From NCBI GenBank assembly GCA_000002445.1, contig CP000069.1, positions 608,001 to 672,000 on the forward strand: DNA of 64,000 bases. Reading direction: 5' to 3'. Position 1 is the stretch's first letter. Each line of letters begins with the position of its first letter. Of this stretch, positions 29,056 through 39,566 are shown in pieces. This DNA is from Trypanosoma brucei (Eukaryota). The notes under the pieces were generated by a model. That model was not told where the DNA came from, made no database searches, and saw only the letters and a program-made list of their open reading frames with translations. The position numbers and the translations under genes were made by a program.

Positions 29056-30114
29056 TCAGCCACTTTTATCACTCGGCCGTCCCTCCCCACGTCTTGTGCC
29101 CGACGCGGTTCCAGCAGGGTCCCTGCCGAAACGTACAACAATAATACAGAAGAACATGAACAGGATGTAAAGCAATACCAGACACACAACAAAGACCTGC
29201 AGGTAGTGTGGTAGGATGTAATACAATGCTAGGAAGGCAGGGGGGATGAAAATCGTAAATGAAACCATATTTCGAATCTTGCTAAAAAGAGTGGAACCCG
29301 GCAGAAGTGCAACCCCCGCGTACGCGAGGGAAACAAATACGTACTCATCGTATGCCGAAAGAAGGAAATGCGTAATGATAAGCGACATGACAAAGTAATT
29401 AGTCGTCAGCATACGAACCGCTTGGAACGCCATAAATAGACTAGGTGCAGCAATCATGGAGATTAGGTAAAGCACTTTGTGAAGGAACGGAATAGTGCGA
29501 GCGGTTTCAAAGGCCTCCTTATGTTCCTTCATATTAGCAGTCAGTACCTCTGACTGCGAGGCACTAACTCCGATGAGCATGTCGTAAAGTTCGTTGTCGA
29601 ACAAACAGATATACAGCATCGAAATGCGAGGGAAAACAAGAGTTGTAGATCCTATCACGAAGACACGAAATGGTTCCTGTTTGAAGTATGACCAAAACTC
29701 TGCTGATGTTGATACCCCCTCTCCGCACATGCATGAACCCTTAAGAAGTTTCAAATGCGCTGAAAACTTAACGACATGAATTGAATTCTCTATGGGAAAG
29801 TGCTCTTCGAAATCCGCCGGCGTCAATTCCAGCAGAGTAGGGCCGTCTATGAGATGTTTACGGATATACCCGCTGTACTCTGGATATCCTAATGTGTTAT
29901 TCATCCAGTACTCAACATCCACAACATTCCATGAACTCACCGGCTTATTTATAGGTGAAGGACGAATCACAACAGCCTCTTCTGATGATTGAACAGGTAA
30001 CGCTTGGCGGAGCATGAGCACCAACATCAACACATTCACACCACTGCGAGTGCTCATGGTCGGTGTTACTAATGTGAGGCAACAACAAAAGTGCTTGCGG
30101 TAGAAACCCCACAA
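29056..30114 (-). CDS. Membrane protein with an N-terminal signal peptide, a SAM-like domain and a multi-pass C-terminal hydrophobic region (probable real start at Met20, coordinate 30057)
   Basis: 'MSTRSGVNVLMLVLMLRQALPVQS' is a signal-peptide-like stretch beginning at the second in-frame ATG. 'WNVVDVEYWMNNTLGYPEYSGYIRKHLIDGPTLLELTPADFEEHF' resembles a SAM domain. It is followed by five or more hydrophobic segments. Confidence 0.55.
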   Translation of the reverse strand: MWGFYRKHFCCCLTLVTPTMSTRSGVNVLMLVLMLRQALPVQSSEEAVVIRPSPINKPVSSWNVVDVEYWMNNTLGYPEYSGYIRKHLIDGPTLLELTPADFEEHFPIENSIHVVKFSAHLKLLKGSCMCGEGVSTSAEFWSYFKQEPFRVFVIGSTTLVFPRISMLYICLFDNELYDMLIGVSASQSEVLTANMKEHKEAFETARTIPFLHKVLYLISMIAAPSLFMAFQAVRMLTTNYFVMSLIITHFLLSAYDEYVFVSLAYAGVALLPGSTLFSKIRNMVSFTIFIPPAFLALYYILPHYLQVFVVCLVLLYILFMFFCIIVVRFGRDPAGTASGTRRGEGRPSDKSG

Positions 30115-30687
30115 TTCAATAGAAGAAAGAGGAAAACAAACACACGAAACGAATATATTATATTTATTTATTTATATTTACTGTAAAAAGACGCCTGTAA
30201 ACCCTTCGACCTCCTCCTATCTCAACAAAGGGACTTCCTCCTCACGAGCACGGCGGAGAGCGACTAAAACAAGGAATAAAACTAAAAAGAAAATGAGGAA
30301 AAATCGCAGGCAAAAATAGGGTCTGCTTGTAAACAGAGTAAAATAAAAATGCTACGAGGAAACAACAGCATATCGGTGGGGAAGAAGTAACATCAGGCCC
30401 TTTCACCACGCCCTTCAGTTCCACAACATGATTTAATAGTGATAAACAGGGAACTCGAGGAGGAGGAGGAGGAGGAAGAAGAAGAAAAAAGAAAAAAGAA
30501 TACCCTGTTAAAAAAATTTACAAATTCCACCCATACATCGTAAGAATGACCGCAAGTGGGTAAAAGCTAGGTCACTTGTACAGTTTGCACATAAATAAAA
30601 AGGAGGAGCCGTCAAATCCAACTACGTGCGTGACACTATATGTTATTTGTCAGCTCATTCTCATCCATTTTTACTTCACTCCCGCTC

Positions 30688-32700
30688 TCAAGCAACTGGC
30701 GCCGCGCCTTTCGCTCCAGCCCGACGACGACCAGTCCGGTTAATCAATGAAGATTCGGAATTGTTGTTTTTGGGGGCTGAGCCAATAGACAACTCAAGGG
30801 TAAGCACCATTTCTAATGAACTAAGTTCGTCTACCCGTTTCTCCTCGATATTTGAGAGAAGTCTCAATTCATCTAAATCGTCCTCTAAGCGCCTTGTCTC
30901 TGTTGGGAAACGATCGGACGCGTTCATCCGATCAGATGTTGACTTTTTGGAACGCCGCCGAAATGAACCAGAATTTGCCGCGACCAGCGGTGAAGATGAT
31001 TGGGGCGCCTGTGATGCACTCACGAGGAGTTGCAAAGAATTGGTGAGGTTCTTGCGAAGTTCGCGTGCATGAACCCGCTTCTCCGCCAGTGCTGCCTCGC
31101 TAAGTATAATGGGTACCTTCACAGATAGGGCTCGCGGTGGTGGCCCCGTGCTGAGAAGCAGAGAAGAACAGTCAGCGACGAAGGTGCCCATTTCGTAGGT
31201 CAGCGTCACGCTGTTACCGCTAGCAAATTGTACATCATCACGAACCTCGAGTGTGATAGCTAGCGCTTGCGCTAGCAAGTCCGAAAGTTTAGCGCTGGTC
31301 GGTATGTTAGCCCTTGCTGTATGGTTCAGTTCCGCCACGTTGTCAATTGCGTTTGGTGAAGGTTGCAACGTCCTTCTCGAGGCAGTGGTTGCTCGGCCGC
31401 TGGGGGCAGCAGGCAATATTGGTATATTCTCACACTTCAAAATTGCACCTTCCTCCCCGCCCCAGGAACCCTTCAAGGAAAAATGAGTGGCAAACTCGTA
31501 CGATATTCCGACGGCGGCGGGTTTAGCCTTCCTTTTTCCCTTCCTAGCCTTTGGTTCCGGCCGCTCTATCAACGACCGATCGTCGCGTGGTAACAGAGTG
31601 TGAAACAGGTTGGAAACTCCCTCCAACTTTACCACTGTGACGGCAATCGGCACCCCGGTCGAGACCAGGAACGACAATTCGCGCGGCGTGGCGACACATG
31701 AATGATAAGTCGACGCCCCATCTTCAACAGACGGCGCTTTCCTGGGAGACGCACTTAGTGCATTGTTCGCGCAGGGGAGGGTAACGCCGTCAAGCTTTCG
31801 CAGCCGGGGGCAACCCCTCGTTATATTTTCCTTGTAGTTGTCCAGAAGTGCAATGGGACAACCAGTAAACGTCACATCGTCCAATGTCGGATGATTACGC
31901 AATGAATCAATGGCGAGAACCAAATCGAATACGGTGTTGCGTGTTAGATCAAGCACACGGAGCGAAGGCATTTCATTGATGAAGTCAAGGCCGTCCATCG
32001 CGTTAAATGACAGACCAACAAGCGCGAGAGTATTAGACCCGCATATTTGCCTTATGTTACATCCACAGGCTATAAATACCAGACACGCGGGTGGAAGATA
32101 TGGGATGGAGGTTAGCCCCGGGTTGTTACTTAGGACTAGCTTAGTAACATTTGAGAACTGAAAAATGTCGGGCGTCAGTGCATCGATTCCCTTGTGGCAA
32201 AACCTAAGGTCAACGAAATAGGTACACAACTCCACCAAGCTAAACCTCGCTTCAGCCTCCTCCGTAAGGGCTTTCCGAAGCCGATTTCTCTCTCCACGGT
32301 GCAGCCGTCCCCAGCTTCCACAGCAGCCTCGAGTTACATCCAGCAGTTGCATAAGACTTTGCGTGTAACGAAGGCATCGAGATTGTGCCCTCACCACAGC
32401 ATCTGTATCCTCGCAGAAATCAATTGGGGGAAGTTCTTCCATGGAGATAACTGGGCATGCAGCCCGAACCCCTTCTAACCTCTTAGGAACAACAGGACGA
32501 ACATCATCACATACATTACCCGCTCCAGCACAAACACTGGCATTCAACACGGCACCCGCTTCTAACAGCTCCTGAAGTTCCTTCACGGTGTTACCGATAT
32601 ATGTGCTGAGGGAGCTCCAAAATACATTTGAAAAAGTCCCTGAGCGCCGCTCAGGCAACTTTCTTTGATCGTCGTCCCCCCAGGGAGGAGGTACAATCAT
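30688..32700 (-). CDS. Leucine-rich-repeat protein (670 aa)
   Basis: Central LxxLxLxxN-type repeats: 'FSNVTKLVLSNNPGLTSIPYLPPACLVF', 'LVGLSFNAMDGLDFINEMPSLRVLDLTRNTVFDLV', 'LRNHPTLDDVTFTGCPIALL'. N-terminal Ser/Arg-rich low-complexity region and coiled coil. Confidence 0.6.
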   Translation of the reverse strand: MIVPPPWGDDDQRKLPERRSGTFSNVFWSSLSTYIGNTVKELQELLEAGAVLNASVCAGAGNVCDDVRPVVPKRLEGVRAACPVISMEELPPIDFCEDTDAVVRAQSRCLRYTQSLMQLLDVTRGCCGSWGRLHRGERNRLRKALTEEAEARFSLVELCTYFVDLRFCHKGIDALTPDIFQFSNVTKLVLSNNPGLTSIPYLPPACLVFIACGCNIRQICGSNTLALVGLSFNAMDGLDFINEMPSLRVLDLTRNTVFDLVLAIDSLRNHPTLDDVTFTGCPIALLDNYKENITRGCPRLRKLDGVTLPCANNALSASPRKAPSVEDGASTYHSCVATPRELSFLVSTGVPIAVTVVKLEGVSNLFHTLLPRDDRSLIERPEPKARKGKRKAKPAAVGISYEFATHFSLKGSWGGEEGAILKCENIPILPAAPSGRATTASRRTLQPSPNAIDNVAELNHTARANIPTSAKLSDLLAQALAITLEVRDDVQFASGNSVTLTYEMGTFVADCSSLLLSTGPPPRALSVKVPIILSEAALAEKRVHARELRKNLTNSLQLLVSASQAPQSSSPLVAANSGSFRRRSKKSTSDRMNASDRFPTETRRLEDDLDELRLLSNIEEKRVDELSSLEMVLTLELSIGSAPKNNNSESSLINRTGRRRAGAKGAAPVA

Positions 32701-33530
32701 CTACGACATTGCCAAAACAAACATAGAATCAAAGATAACAAGGGTGCTTACAATACCAACTGAAAACTGGCCAGGAGTTCTTCGGGTAGCAGTCCTCACA
32801 AACACAGCTACACAATAAGGGAAAACTCATGCCACATAAACCAACATTGCAATTTTTTTTACAAAAAAACAAAAGCTTAAGGTCGCCACACACGCAAATC
32901 CCCTGCATATGGTAACACGCGGTCAGCAATGTCCACAGGAACCGCGTGTCCCTCAATATCAATGCATCAATATAGAAAATAATCCAAAAATGCGAGTACC
33001 ACCCGACAAAGCAGCAACAACTCGAAAAGTAAAAAGAAGCCATTTCCTTTTTTCACAATTTTGTACAAGAGCATATTACCGAACATAATAAGAGAAATGT
33101 GAGCAACTCATTTGTACGGCCCATTAAGAGCTGTTAGTCCTGCGCCACCAGTGTAAACTGCCAATTCACCTACAAATGTATACGCGGAGTAAGGTTCCAC
33201 CTGTGGATGCGCTTCGCCTACTTCCATACGAGGGCCCGCTGGCTATAACTCGCGTTTGTTCATGCATGCAAATCCCCCCCTACCATTCCAAATACCGCAC
33301 ACGAACGCACCAAACAAGGAGACTACATAAACGCTAAGTTTAGATCTAAGGGAAGATAGGTGCTTATTTCTTGTGTAAAAGGTGTGAGAAAGCAAGACGG
33401 TAAAATCACATAATTTTCTAGTGAATTCATCGCCCACAAGTAACGGCTATAAACTTAACGACCGAGAGAAATTTAGCGCTTACTCCACCCGACGCTACCA
33501 CAACCGCCAGCGCGTCTTTCAGTAGCAGCT

Positions 33531-36119
33531 CTAGCGCCTACGGGAGGCAGCGGCGGCCTCGCGGAGAATATCAGTTAGAGCGCTGTTTATGCGCGAAAGA
33601 CTCGCCTCACGGATTTTCTGTTCGCGTTTGCCAAGCGCTTTCATTGGAGGAGATTGTCGCAATCGATCACGCGCGCTTTCAGTAGCTGCTTGAAGGTCCT
33701 TCGCCCATGCCGCCACCGGTAACGTAGATGTTGGTGCGACCTGCAGAAGCGCTGTAAGAATAGATGCTTCAGGGAATAAGAAGCTTTTGATATTTTCCAC
33801 TTCAAGTACTGCCCTCAAGGCATGAGCGAACGAATCTGTGTGCGCAATGCGTGCTCCACTACCGTACGTTTTCACAAACTCTAAGGTAAGAGGTGCGATA
33901 GAGCTCATTACAGGAAGAGTCTGCAGTGTCTCCGTGTGTTGCTGACACAGAAGCATCGGTAAGGGTACGTCCTGGGGTGCAGCATCAGATTTTCCACCTT
34001 TGCCCTTCCTTCGCTTCGGAAGATTTGAGACTTGCACGCGATGAGCCTCCAACATCGAGACATCGTGCAATAACATAAGGCTCCCTACAAGCTGGCGTGC
34101 GTGTTCGACACGTTCATTTACCGTAGGCATCCCTACCAGTGTGTTGGCGAGTGCTTCCACCTTTTGGCTGTGGATGTTACCCAGCACCATGGACCGTACG
34201 ACCACCCAGTCAGTGTTATCCACAAGGTCCTTCGCTTGCGGGTCCTGAAGGGCTTCAAAGACTTGGGACAACACCCTCTCTTCCGCTTGCATCAGATCAA
34301 ACACGTTACGCTGCGTTTGGCACTGGCGCAGTTCCCCAGCAATACGGCTCAAACTGTATATAACCCTCGCTAACGAGTTTGTTTGCCGCCGCTCGTATTC
34401 CTGGATGTCTTTCATAGCTGGCCATGACATGTACGTAAACACCTTAATGCGAAGGAGGCTACAATCCCTTTGAAGCATGCCATAATGTTCCCAGGCAGCA
34501 GTGTTCCATTCGCACACCCCATCCAGCGCACCACCAGCAACAAGGGGCCAGTAACCCACATGCGACATTGTATCACGTTGAATACTCTTGAAGTCCAGTT
34601 GGCAACACGCCGCTACATCAGCGAGTCCCAGGATGCGGGCGAAACACACGCTGAAAGTGAGCCAAGTGGGGTTGTTTTCTCGGCGATCTACACTATCCAG
34701 CAGCGCTAACCCCTTCTGTACCCACTCAACGTTCTTAGTAGCTTCGTAAACATGAAGGGATATATTGAGGGCGACAGTGATGTAACCATCACAGAGCCCT
34801 TCCTCACTCCAAGACAGGTTTTCGGAAAGAGGACGTGCTTCTTCATACGAACGTATACACGCCTGCAGTAGTTCTTCAACCTCGGCATGACTTGGCTGCG
34901 TCTCAGCGGTGATCCCCCAGAGGGCAACGTGACACCGCAGGCCCAAAATCCTCCGCATATGGTAATGCAGCCGCTCCTTTCCCTCAGGGCCCCCGTCCTC
35001 CTGCGACCATGCATATATCGCTGACGCCGCCGTTGCATCCACGTAGGTTGAAATGTCTAAAAAGCAGCAGCTCGCCTTGTAAAAACGCTTGGCGTAGGCC
35101 ACCGTCTCATTTCGAAGCTGAACGTCATCGCCCAGGCGAGAAAGAATCTCAAGCACCGCCATGGACGGGCCACGGCCCAAGCGACTTCCCGATGAACCCT
35201 TCAGTGACTCAGCCGACAGCGACCGAGCGAAACGGAGGGCATCCTCGAGGGTACGGTCGCTGTTAGATAAATTAATCGAAACACATTTCGACTCCTCAGG
35301 ACCATCGAGTTCCAGAACACCTTCAGTGGCATTCGACTCGGACAATGAGTTAAGATACAGCTCCACAAACGTCCAATTTTCCGGTTGGTGGGTCCACAAT
35401 TGTTTTGCTATGGCGTTAGCCTTCGCCAATTCCCCGTTAAGCTGCAGCACTTTTGCCAGCATTTCCAGACGGGCTGGTGGTAAACCCACCGATGCCCCTC
35501 TCGTGCTACAAAGAAATTTGACAGCATCTGCATACAACTTCTGCTGTTGTAGCACCTGGACGTACGTGCGTGAGGTAGATGTTGTCATCGTACCCTTCTC
35601 TGTAAGTACTGCAGCTTCGAGAAGATTTGCCGACACTTTAAGTAAAGCATGATCCACAGAATCCCGTGGCACCTGCGCAAGCATCGACTGCACCACCCAC
35701 ACATGATAGCGAGGATTAGGCCACCCGCTATTGAGTTGAAGGGCTGTCTTTTGTGCCATGTTATACGCACCCATTCGCACATACGTTTGGAACAGGTTCT
35801 CCAGCACAACCTTCTCGTCTTGAATACCCTTAAGACGCTCATAAGTTCGCACGAGGGCTTCCCAACTGCAGCACTGCTGAAGGACGTGAACAAGAGCATT
35901 AACAGCCGATCCGTCCGTTACATTTTGCAAGCTTAGCGCCTCCGCCTTCGATCGGGCCTTATCTATTACCTTCTTGCGTAGCAACAACAAGGCCTCTGCC
36001 GCTAAAACGGCGTGGTCGTTGGGAAACTTTGAAAGTGCATCCTCCAGCAAGCCCTCCGCCTGTCCTAACTTGCCCGTGTCAATAAGGTCAAAGATACGAT
36101 CTGAAACTCTGCCAGCCAT
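33531..36119 (-). CDS. Large TPR/helical-repeat protein (862 aa); possibly the N-terminal acetyltransferase B auxiliary subunit (NAA25/MDM20-like)
   Basis: An 862-aa all-helical ORF. The N-terminus 'RIFDLIDTGKLGQAEGLLEDALSKFPNDHAVLAAEALLLLRKK' parallels the NAA25 N-terminus (I-x-D-x-I-D-x-G...A-x-x-L-L-K-K-x-P). Scattered TPR-like A/L/Y periodicity. The family assignment is tentative. Confidence 0.4.
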   Translation of the reverse strand: MAGRVSDRIFDLIDTGKLGQAEGLLEDALSKFPNDHAVLAAEALLLLRKKVIDKARSKAEALSLQNVTDGSAVNALVHVLQQCCSWEALVRTYERLKGIQDEKVVLENLFQTYVRMGAYNMAQKTALQLNSGWPNPRYHVWVVQSMLAQVPRDSVDHALLKVSANLLEAAVLTEKGTMTTSTSRTYVQVLQQQKLYADAVKFLCSTRGASVGLPPARLEMLAKVLQLNGELAKANAIAKQLWTHQPENWTFVELYLNSLSESNATEGVLELDGPEESKCVSINLSNSDRTLEDALRFARSLSAESLKGSSGSRLGRGPSMAVLEILSRLGDDVQLRNETVAYAKRFYKASCCFLDISTYVDATAASAIYAWSQEDGGPEGKERLHYHMRRILGLRCHVALWGITAETQPSHAEVEELLQACIRSYEEARPLSENLSWSEEGLCDGYITVALNISLHVYEATKNVEWVQKGLALLDSVDRRENNPTWLTFSVCFARILGLADVAACCQLDFKSIQRDTMSHVGYWPLVAGGALDGVCEWNTAAWEHYGMLQRDCSLLRIKVFTYMSWPAMKDIQEYERRQTNSLARVIYSLSRIAGELRQCQTQRNVFDLMQAEERVLSQVFEALQDPQAKDLVDNTDWVVVRSMVLGNIHSQKVEALANTLVGMPTVNERVEHARQLVGSLMLLHDVSMLEAHRVQVSNLPKRRKGKGGKSDAAPQDVPLPMLLCQQHTETLQTLPVMSSIAPLTLEFVKTYGSGARIAHTDSFAHALRAVLEVENIKSFLFPEASILTALLQVAPTSTLPVAAWAKDLQAATESARDRLRQSPPMKALGKREQKIREASLSRINSALTDILREAAAASRRR

Positions 36120-36634
36120 TAGTCACCACGTTTCCACAATTGCGATATTGGGCGATTCCCTGCCCCCTCCCTTTAAAACAGCGTGTTTTGAATATTGTGT
36201 GCCGGATAACTGCGAAAGATGGAGGGAAAAAAGGAGAGAAACCAATAAAATACAATCGCTCGCAAATAGCCACACGCTGTTAGCATACCTTCGTCCTCAG
36301 ACAAATGTATACACACGTACGTGTACATACTGCTACACATTATCCATAAACACACAAAATGTCAACATCACGGTCCGCAGGCACTATTACCACCCGCCAA
36401 AGTCACTCAAACACCGTCTCGGGGGTGAAAATGAGGTGAGCGAAGGGAACATACACGAAGAAAGGGATAAGAAGAAGACATTAATGCGGACAATGTGATG
36501 CGACGCCATGTCCCATTTTGTTTTTGTCCCCTCCCTCTCCTTCCCCTTTCCTCACACTCGGTTGGTTCCTCGAAATAACCCAATTTTCCCCCCTCTTATA
36601 TCCGCGTGTGGGACACGCCACAAACTCGATACCC

Positions 36635-38062
36635 TCACAAACTGAAGAGTGGGGTGAGTAACCTCAGCAACTCTGCAGTATCCGCCCCGGGGTACACACG
36701 AAGCGCCCCTAGATCAAGTCGCTGCAGCTGTTTACAAAGGTCCGCAACCTGCACACAATAAATGTACCGCTCATTACTAAGTGCCTCTGCAAATTCCAAC
36801 TGGTGGTCCAGCATTAGTGCTCGATTAGGTACAGCGATCATTGGTTTTTTGCTCTCTAGCACCTCCAAAATAGTCCCCGCTCCGGCGTGGGATATAACCA
36901 ATGCAGCTTTCTGAATGATTTCATGAAGTTTTGGCCGGTAAGGAAAAACTTCAACGGAAACGCCGTGAGCGAATGAAATCCGATTGACATAAGGCGATGT
37001 TCCCTTCTGCACTAAAAGTTGCGTAATACCTCGTTTGGCGAGTGCCCTCAGCACCTCCTCATTATCAACAGCTTCAATGAGTGGAGTGAACTGGGTGGAC
37101 CCCACAGTAACCAGGGCCATTGAGCCAGCTCCACCACCCTCTTCGCTGCCATCAAACTTCCCCAACATTGGTGAAAGCCGCTGCTGTAAACCATTTTCTT
37201 CCGCAGTATTCCTCGTCCCCACAAAGAAAATATTTTTGCAGCCCCACCACCATTTATGTTGATAATTTTCGTACAGCTTCAACCACTGCACCACGCACAC
37301 GTCACTGATCGGCCCCAGAAGCTTCCCTGAAACAGACATATGAGAAACGGAACTGTATGTCTCAATGAACGCGATAGCGGGACGGCAGTAGCACGACGAG
37401 GGTATGAGTATAGCCACTAACAATGCACCGGCAACTACAGGCACGCAGACACCTGGGCCGTTCACCAAAATAACATCCGGTTTCTCATCAAGTGCGAGAA
37501 ATACACACGACCACAAGGCACGAAGGGTTGTAAAAATGGAGAGAAAGTAGCTCTGGCCAACCTCACGCGCCCGAGGTATTATGTGTAGGCGGCAGCATCT
37601 CCCAAAGTTTCGCTCCTCAAATTGTTTAGCGAGACTAGCTGAATGCGAGTCGGTAGACGAAACAACATAAAATGGTCGGTGATGCCCCCATATTTCCGTT
37701 TTGAGGGTTTCGACGATACGCATCATTTCACTCGTGTGACCGCCTGATCCGAGCACTACGCACACGCGCAGTGGAGAGTCGCCACAGCGCCGCCTGGGTG
37801 CAGGCACACTGCGTAGCACTGACGCAAATCGCCAGACAAGCAACGAAAATGCCAGCACAAGCCAGAGGAACAGAGCCATGGGCTCGACTACCTCTCGTCG
37901 ACACACAAAAAAGGGAAGTAAAGAGAGAGATAAGCAAATGTAACAGAACTGCTTCAACACAAAGGGCTGATGTAGCGAGGAGAGAGGGTGAGGCATGTGC
38001 ATGCAAACTCCATGTGAGCGAAGGAAGGGCCTTGCCTCAAGCCTCACAATGGGCTCTCGCAA
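36635..38062 (-). CDS. ALG14/ALG13: Fused ALG14-ALG13 UDP-GlcNAc transferase (second step of N-glycan dolichol-linked precursor synthesis); probable real start at 37879 (MALFLWLVLAF...)
   Basis: The N-terminal half has a TM anchor 'MALFLWLVLAFSLLVWRF' and the ALG14 signature 'VVLGSGGHTSEMMRI'. The C-terminal half has the ALG13/GT28 C-domain: 'ALVTVGSTQFTPLIEAV', 'ISHAGAGTILEVLESKKPMIAVPN...LDHQLEFAEAL'. In most eukaryotes these are two separate polypeptides. Confidence 0.75.
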   Translation of the reverse strand: MREPIVRLEARPFLRSHGVCMHMPHPLSSLHQPFVLKQFCYICLSLSLLPFFVCRREVVEPMALFLWLVLAFSLLVWRFASVLRSVPAPRRRCGDSPLRVCVVLGSGGHTSEMMRIVETLKTEIWGHHRPFYVVSSTDSHSASLAKQFEERNFGRCCRLHIIPRAREVGQSYFLSIFTTLRALWSCVFLALDEKPDVILVNGPGVCVPVVAGALLVAILIPSSCYCRPAIAFIETYSSVSHMSVSGKLLGPISDVCVVQWLKLYENYQHKWWWGCKNIFFVGTRNTAEENGLQQRLSPMLGKFDGSEEGGGAGSMALVTVGSTQFTPLIEAVDNEEVLRALAKRGITQLLVQKGTSPYVNRISFAHGVSVEVFPYRPKLHEIIQKAALVISHAGAGTILEVLESKKPMIAVPNRALMLDHQLEFAEALSNERYIYCVQVADLCKQLQRLDLGALRVYPGADTAELLRLLTPLFSL

Positions 38063-38155
38063 ACTACGTCAGATTCTCAATTTCCACGGAGAGAAGCATC
38101 TCTGCATTCAAATGAAAAAAGGTCAAAGTTGCACCAACGGGTACTCCACACATCA

Positions 38156-38755
38156 TTACGAACGGCCGCGCTTCTCCACCCGTCGCGGTGGTATCCAAGT
38201 ATAATGCACTAACTGATCCTCCGCCACTGCAGCACCAACGCCAAGCTCCTCACGCCTCAACACACCAAGTCCGCCGCGTGCACTGTCTAAGTTCTGCCGC
38301 ACACCATCAACAACCTGCCCGCCGTGTGCACCTCGACCCCAGCGTCGTGTGTGGTCACAACCAACGTCCCATGAAACGGTTATGACGCGGTCGTCTAGCA
38401 GCGTGCCGTGTAAATCAATCACAGCGCTCATGGCGCCATCCTGGGACTCAAATACCACGAAACAAAACCCACAGGGCGTCCGTGTAACTTCACTCAGTCC
38501 CATCACAAGATCTCGTATATGACCACACCGGGAGAAATGCTCCCAGATTTGGTCCTCCGTCGTGTAGAAAGACAAGTTTCCAACGTACACTGTCGTGCTC
38601 TTATTCAGCTGTTCCTGCCGCCGCTCGATGAATTCCTTTTCCGTCAGAAGCGAACGCAGAAGTTCGTGACGGTCAACATATGCCATACGCGGCGTCAGAT
38701 CAATGAGGTATTCTGCCATGTTGTAATCGTTTGGCTCCGCTCCGTGTGCTCGCAC
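38156..38755 (-). CDS. CBP20: Nuclear cap-binding protein 20-kDa subunit (CBP20/NCBP2), an RRM
   Basis: '[78 protein letters not shown]...[14 protein letters not shown]' aligns residue-for-residue with human NCBP2 '[51 protein letters not shown]...LDDRIIRTDWDAG...RQYGRGRSGGQVRD'. Confidence 0.9.
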   Translation of the reverse strand: [199 protein letters not shown]

Positions 38756-39566
38756 ACGCGTGTCGAGAGTTTTAGCCGTACTTTACTATTCTCTCTTACG
38801 GCCACGCCGTGCGAGCTGATCGAAAAGAGGAACCAAGAAAATACTGAAGCTTTGGCAGTGCGCATCAAACGCATGGGGGAGAGTGTAAAGGCATGGAACA
38901 TGAAGGAAGAAAAAAGGGTAGAGCGTCATCTGTATATATATATATATATATAAATATGTGGTTATGGCAGTTGTGATACTGATGGAGAATCACCAGGAAG
39001 TTGAAACAGGAGGATTAAGCACAACACTATCACGCACACAGCGGCAGAGGATCTTAACACAACGAAAAAAAAAAATCATGCAACATATTTCAGTCAACAA
39101 AAAAAGAGAGAGAACATCGCACCAAACAGATACAAGCATTTCTGAAGCAACGGCAAAAAACATGACAGCAAATAGTAAGGGAAGGACATACAAGTAACAA
39201 TAGCAAATGTGTGGTTTCTCTATTTGCAGAAAGACGAAACACACACACACGCTAAAAAAAAAAAAACATGGCCAATGTGTTCTCACCTTTTCCCCTTTGT
39301 TTACCGTTCAACGGAAAAATAGAGAACACATAACTTCCTTTTTCTCACACAACCAGTCTTCCACCGTCCGCATATATGTATGCACACCTGATTCCATATA
39401 ATGTTGGTACGTAAAGTGTTTTACTGAAGCGGTGCACCAGAGAATATTAGAAGCAACAGCAACAAACAAGAAAAGAAAAGTAAAGTAAAAGAGAGACAGA
39501 ATTAATGCGATTATCTATGAGCCGCTTCACGCACCAACGACAAAAACAAAAACAAAAACAAAAACA

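Noticed and set aside
36635-38062. Treating the first 61 codons of the ALG14-ALG13 ORF ('MREPIVRLEARPFLRSHGVC...') as part of the protein
   Set aside because: That stretch is Cys/His-rich and non-hydrophobic. The ALG14 family begins with a TM anchor, which starts at the internal Met (MALFLWLVLAF, coordinate 37879). The upstream codons are probably 5'UTR.
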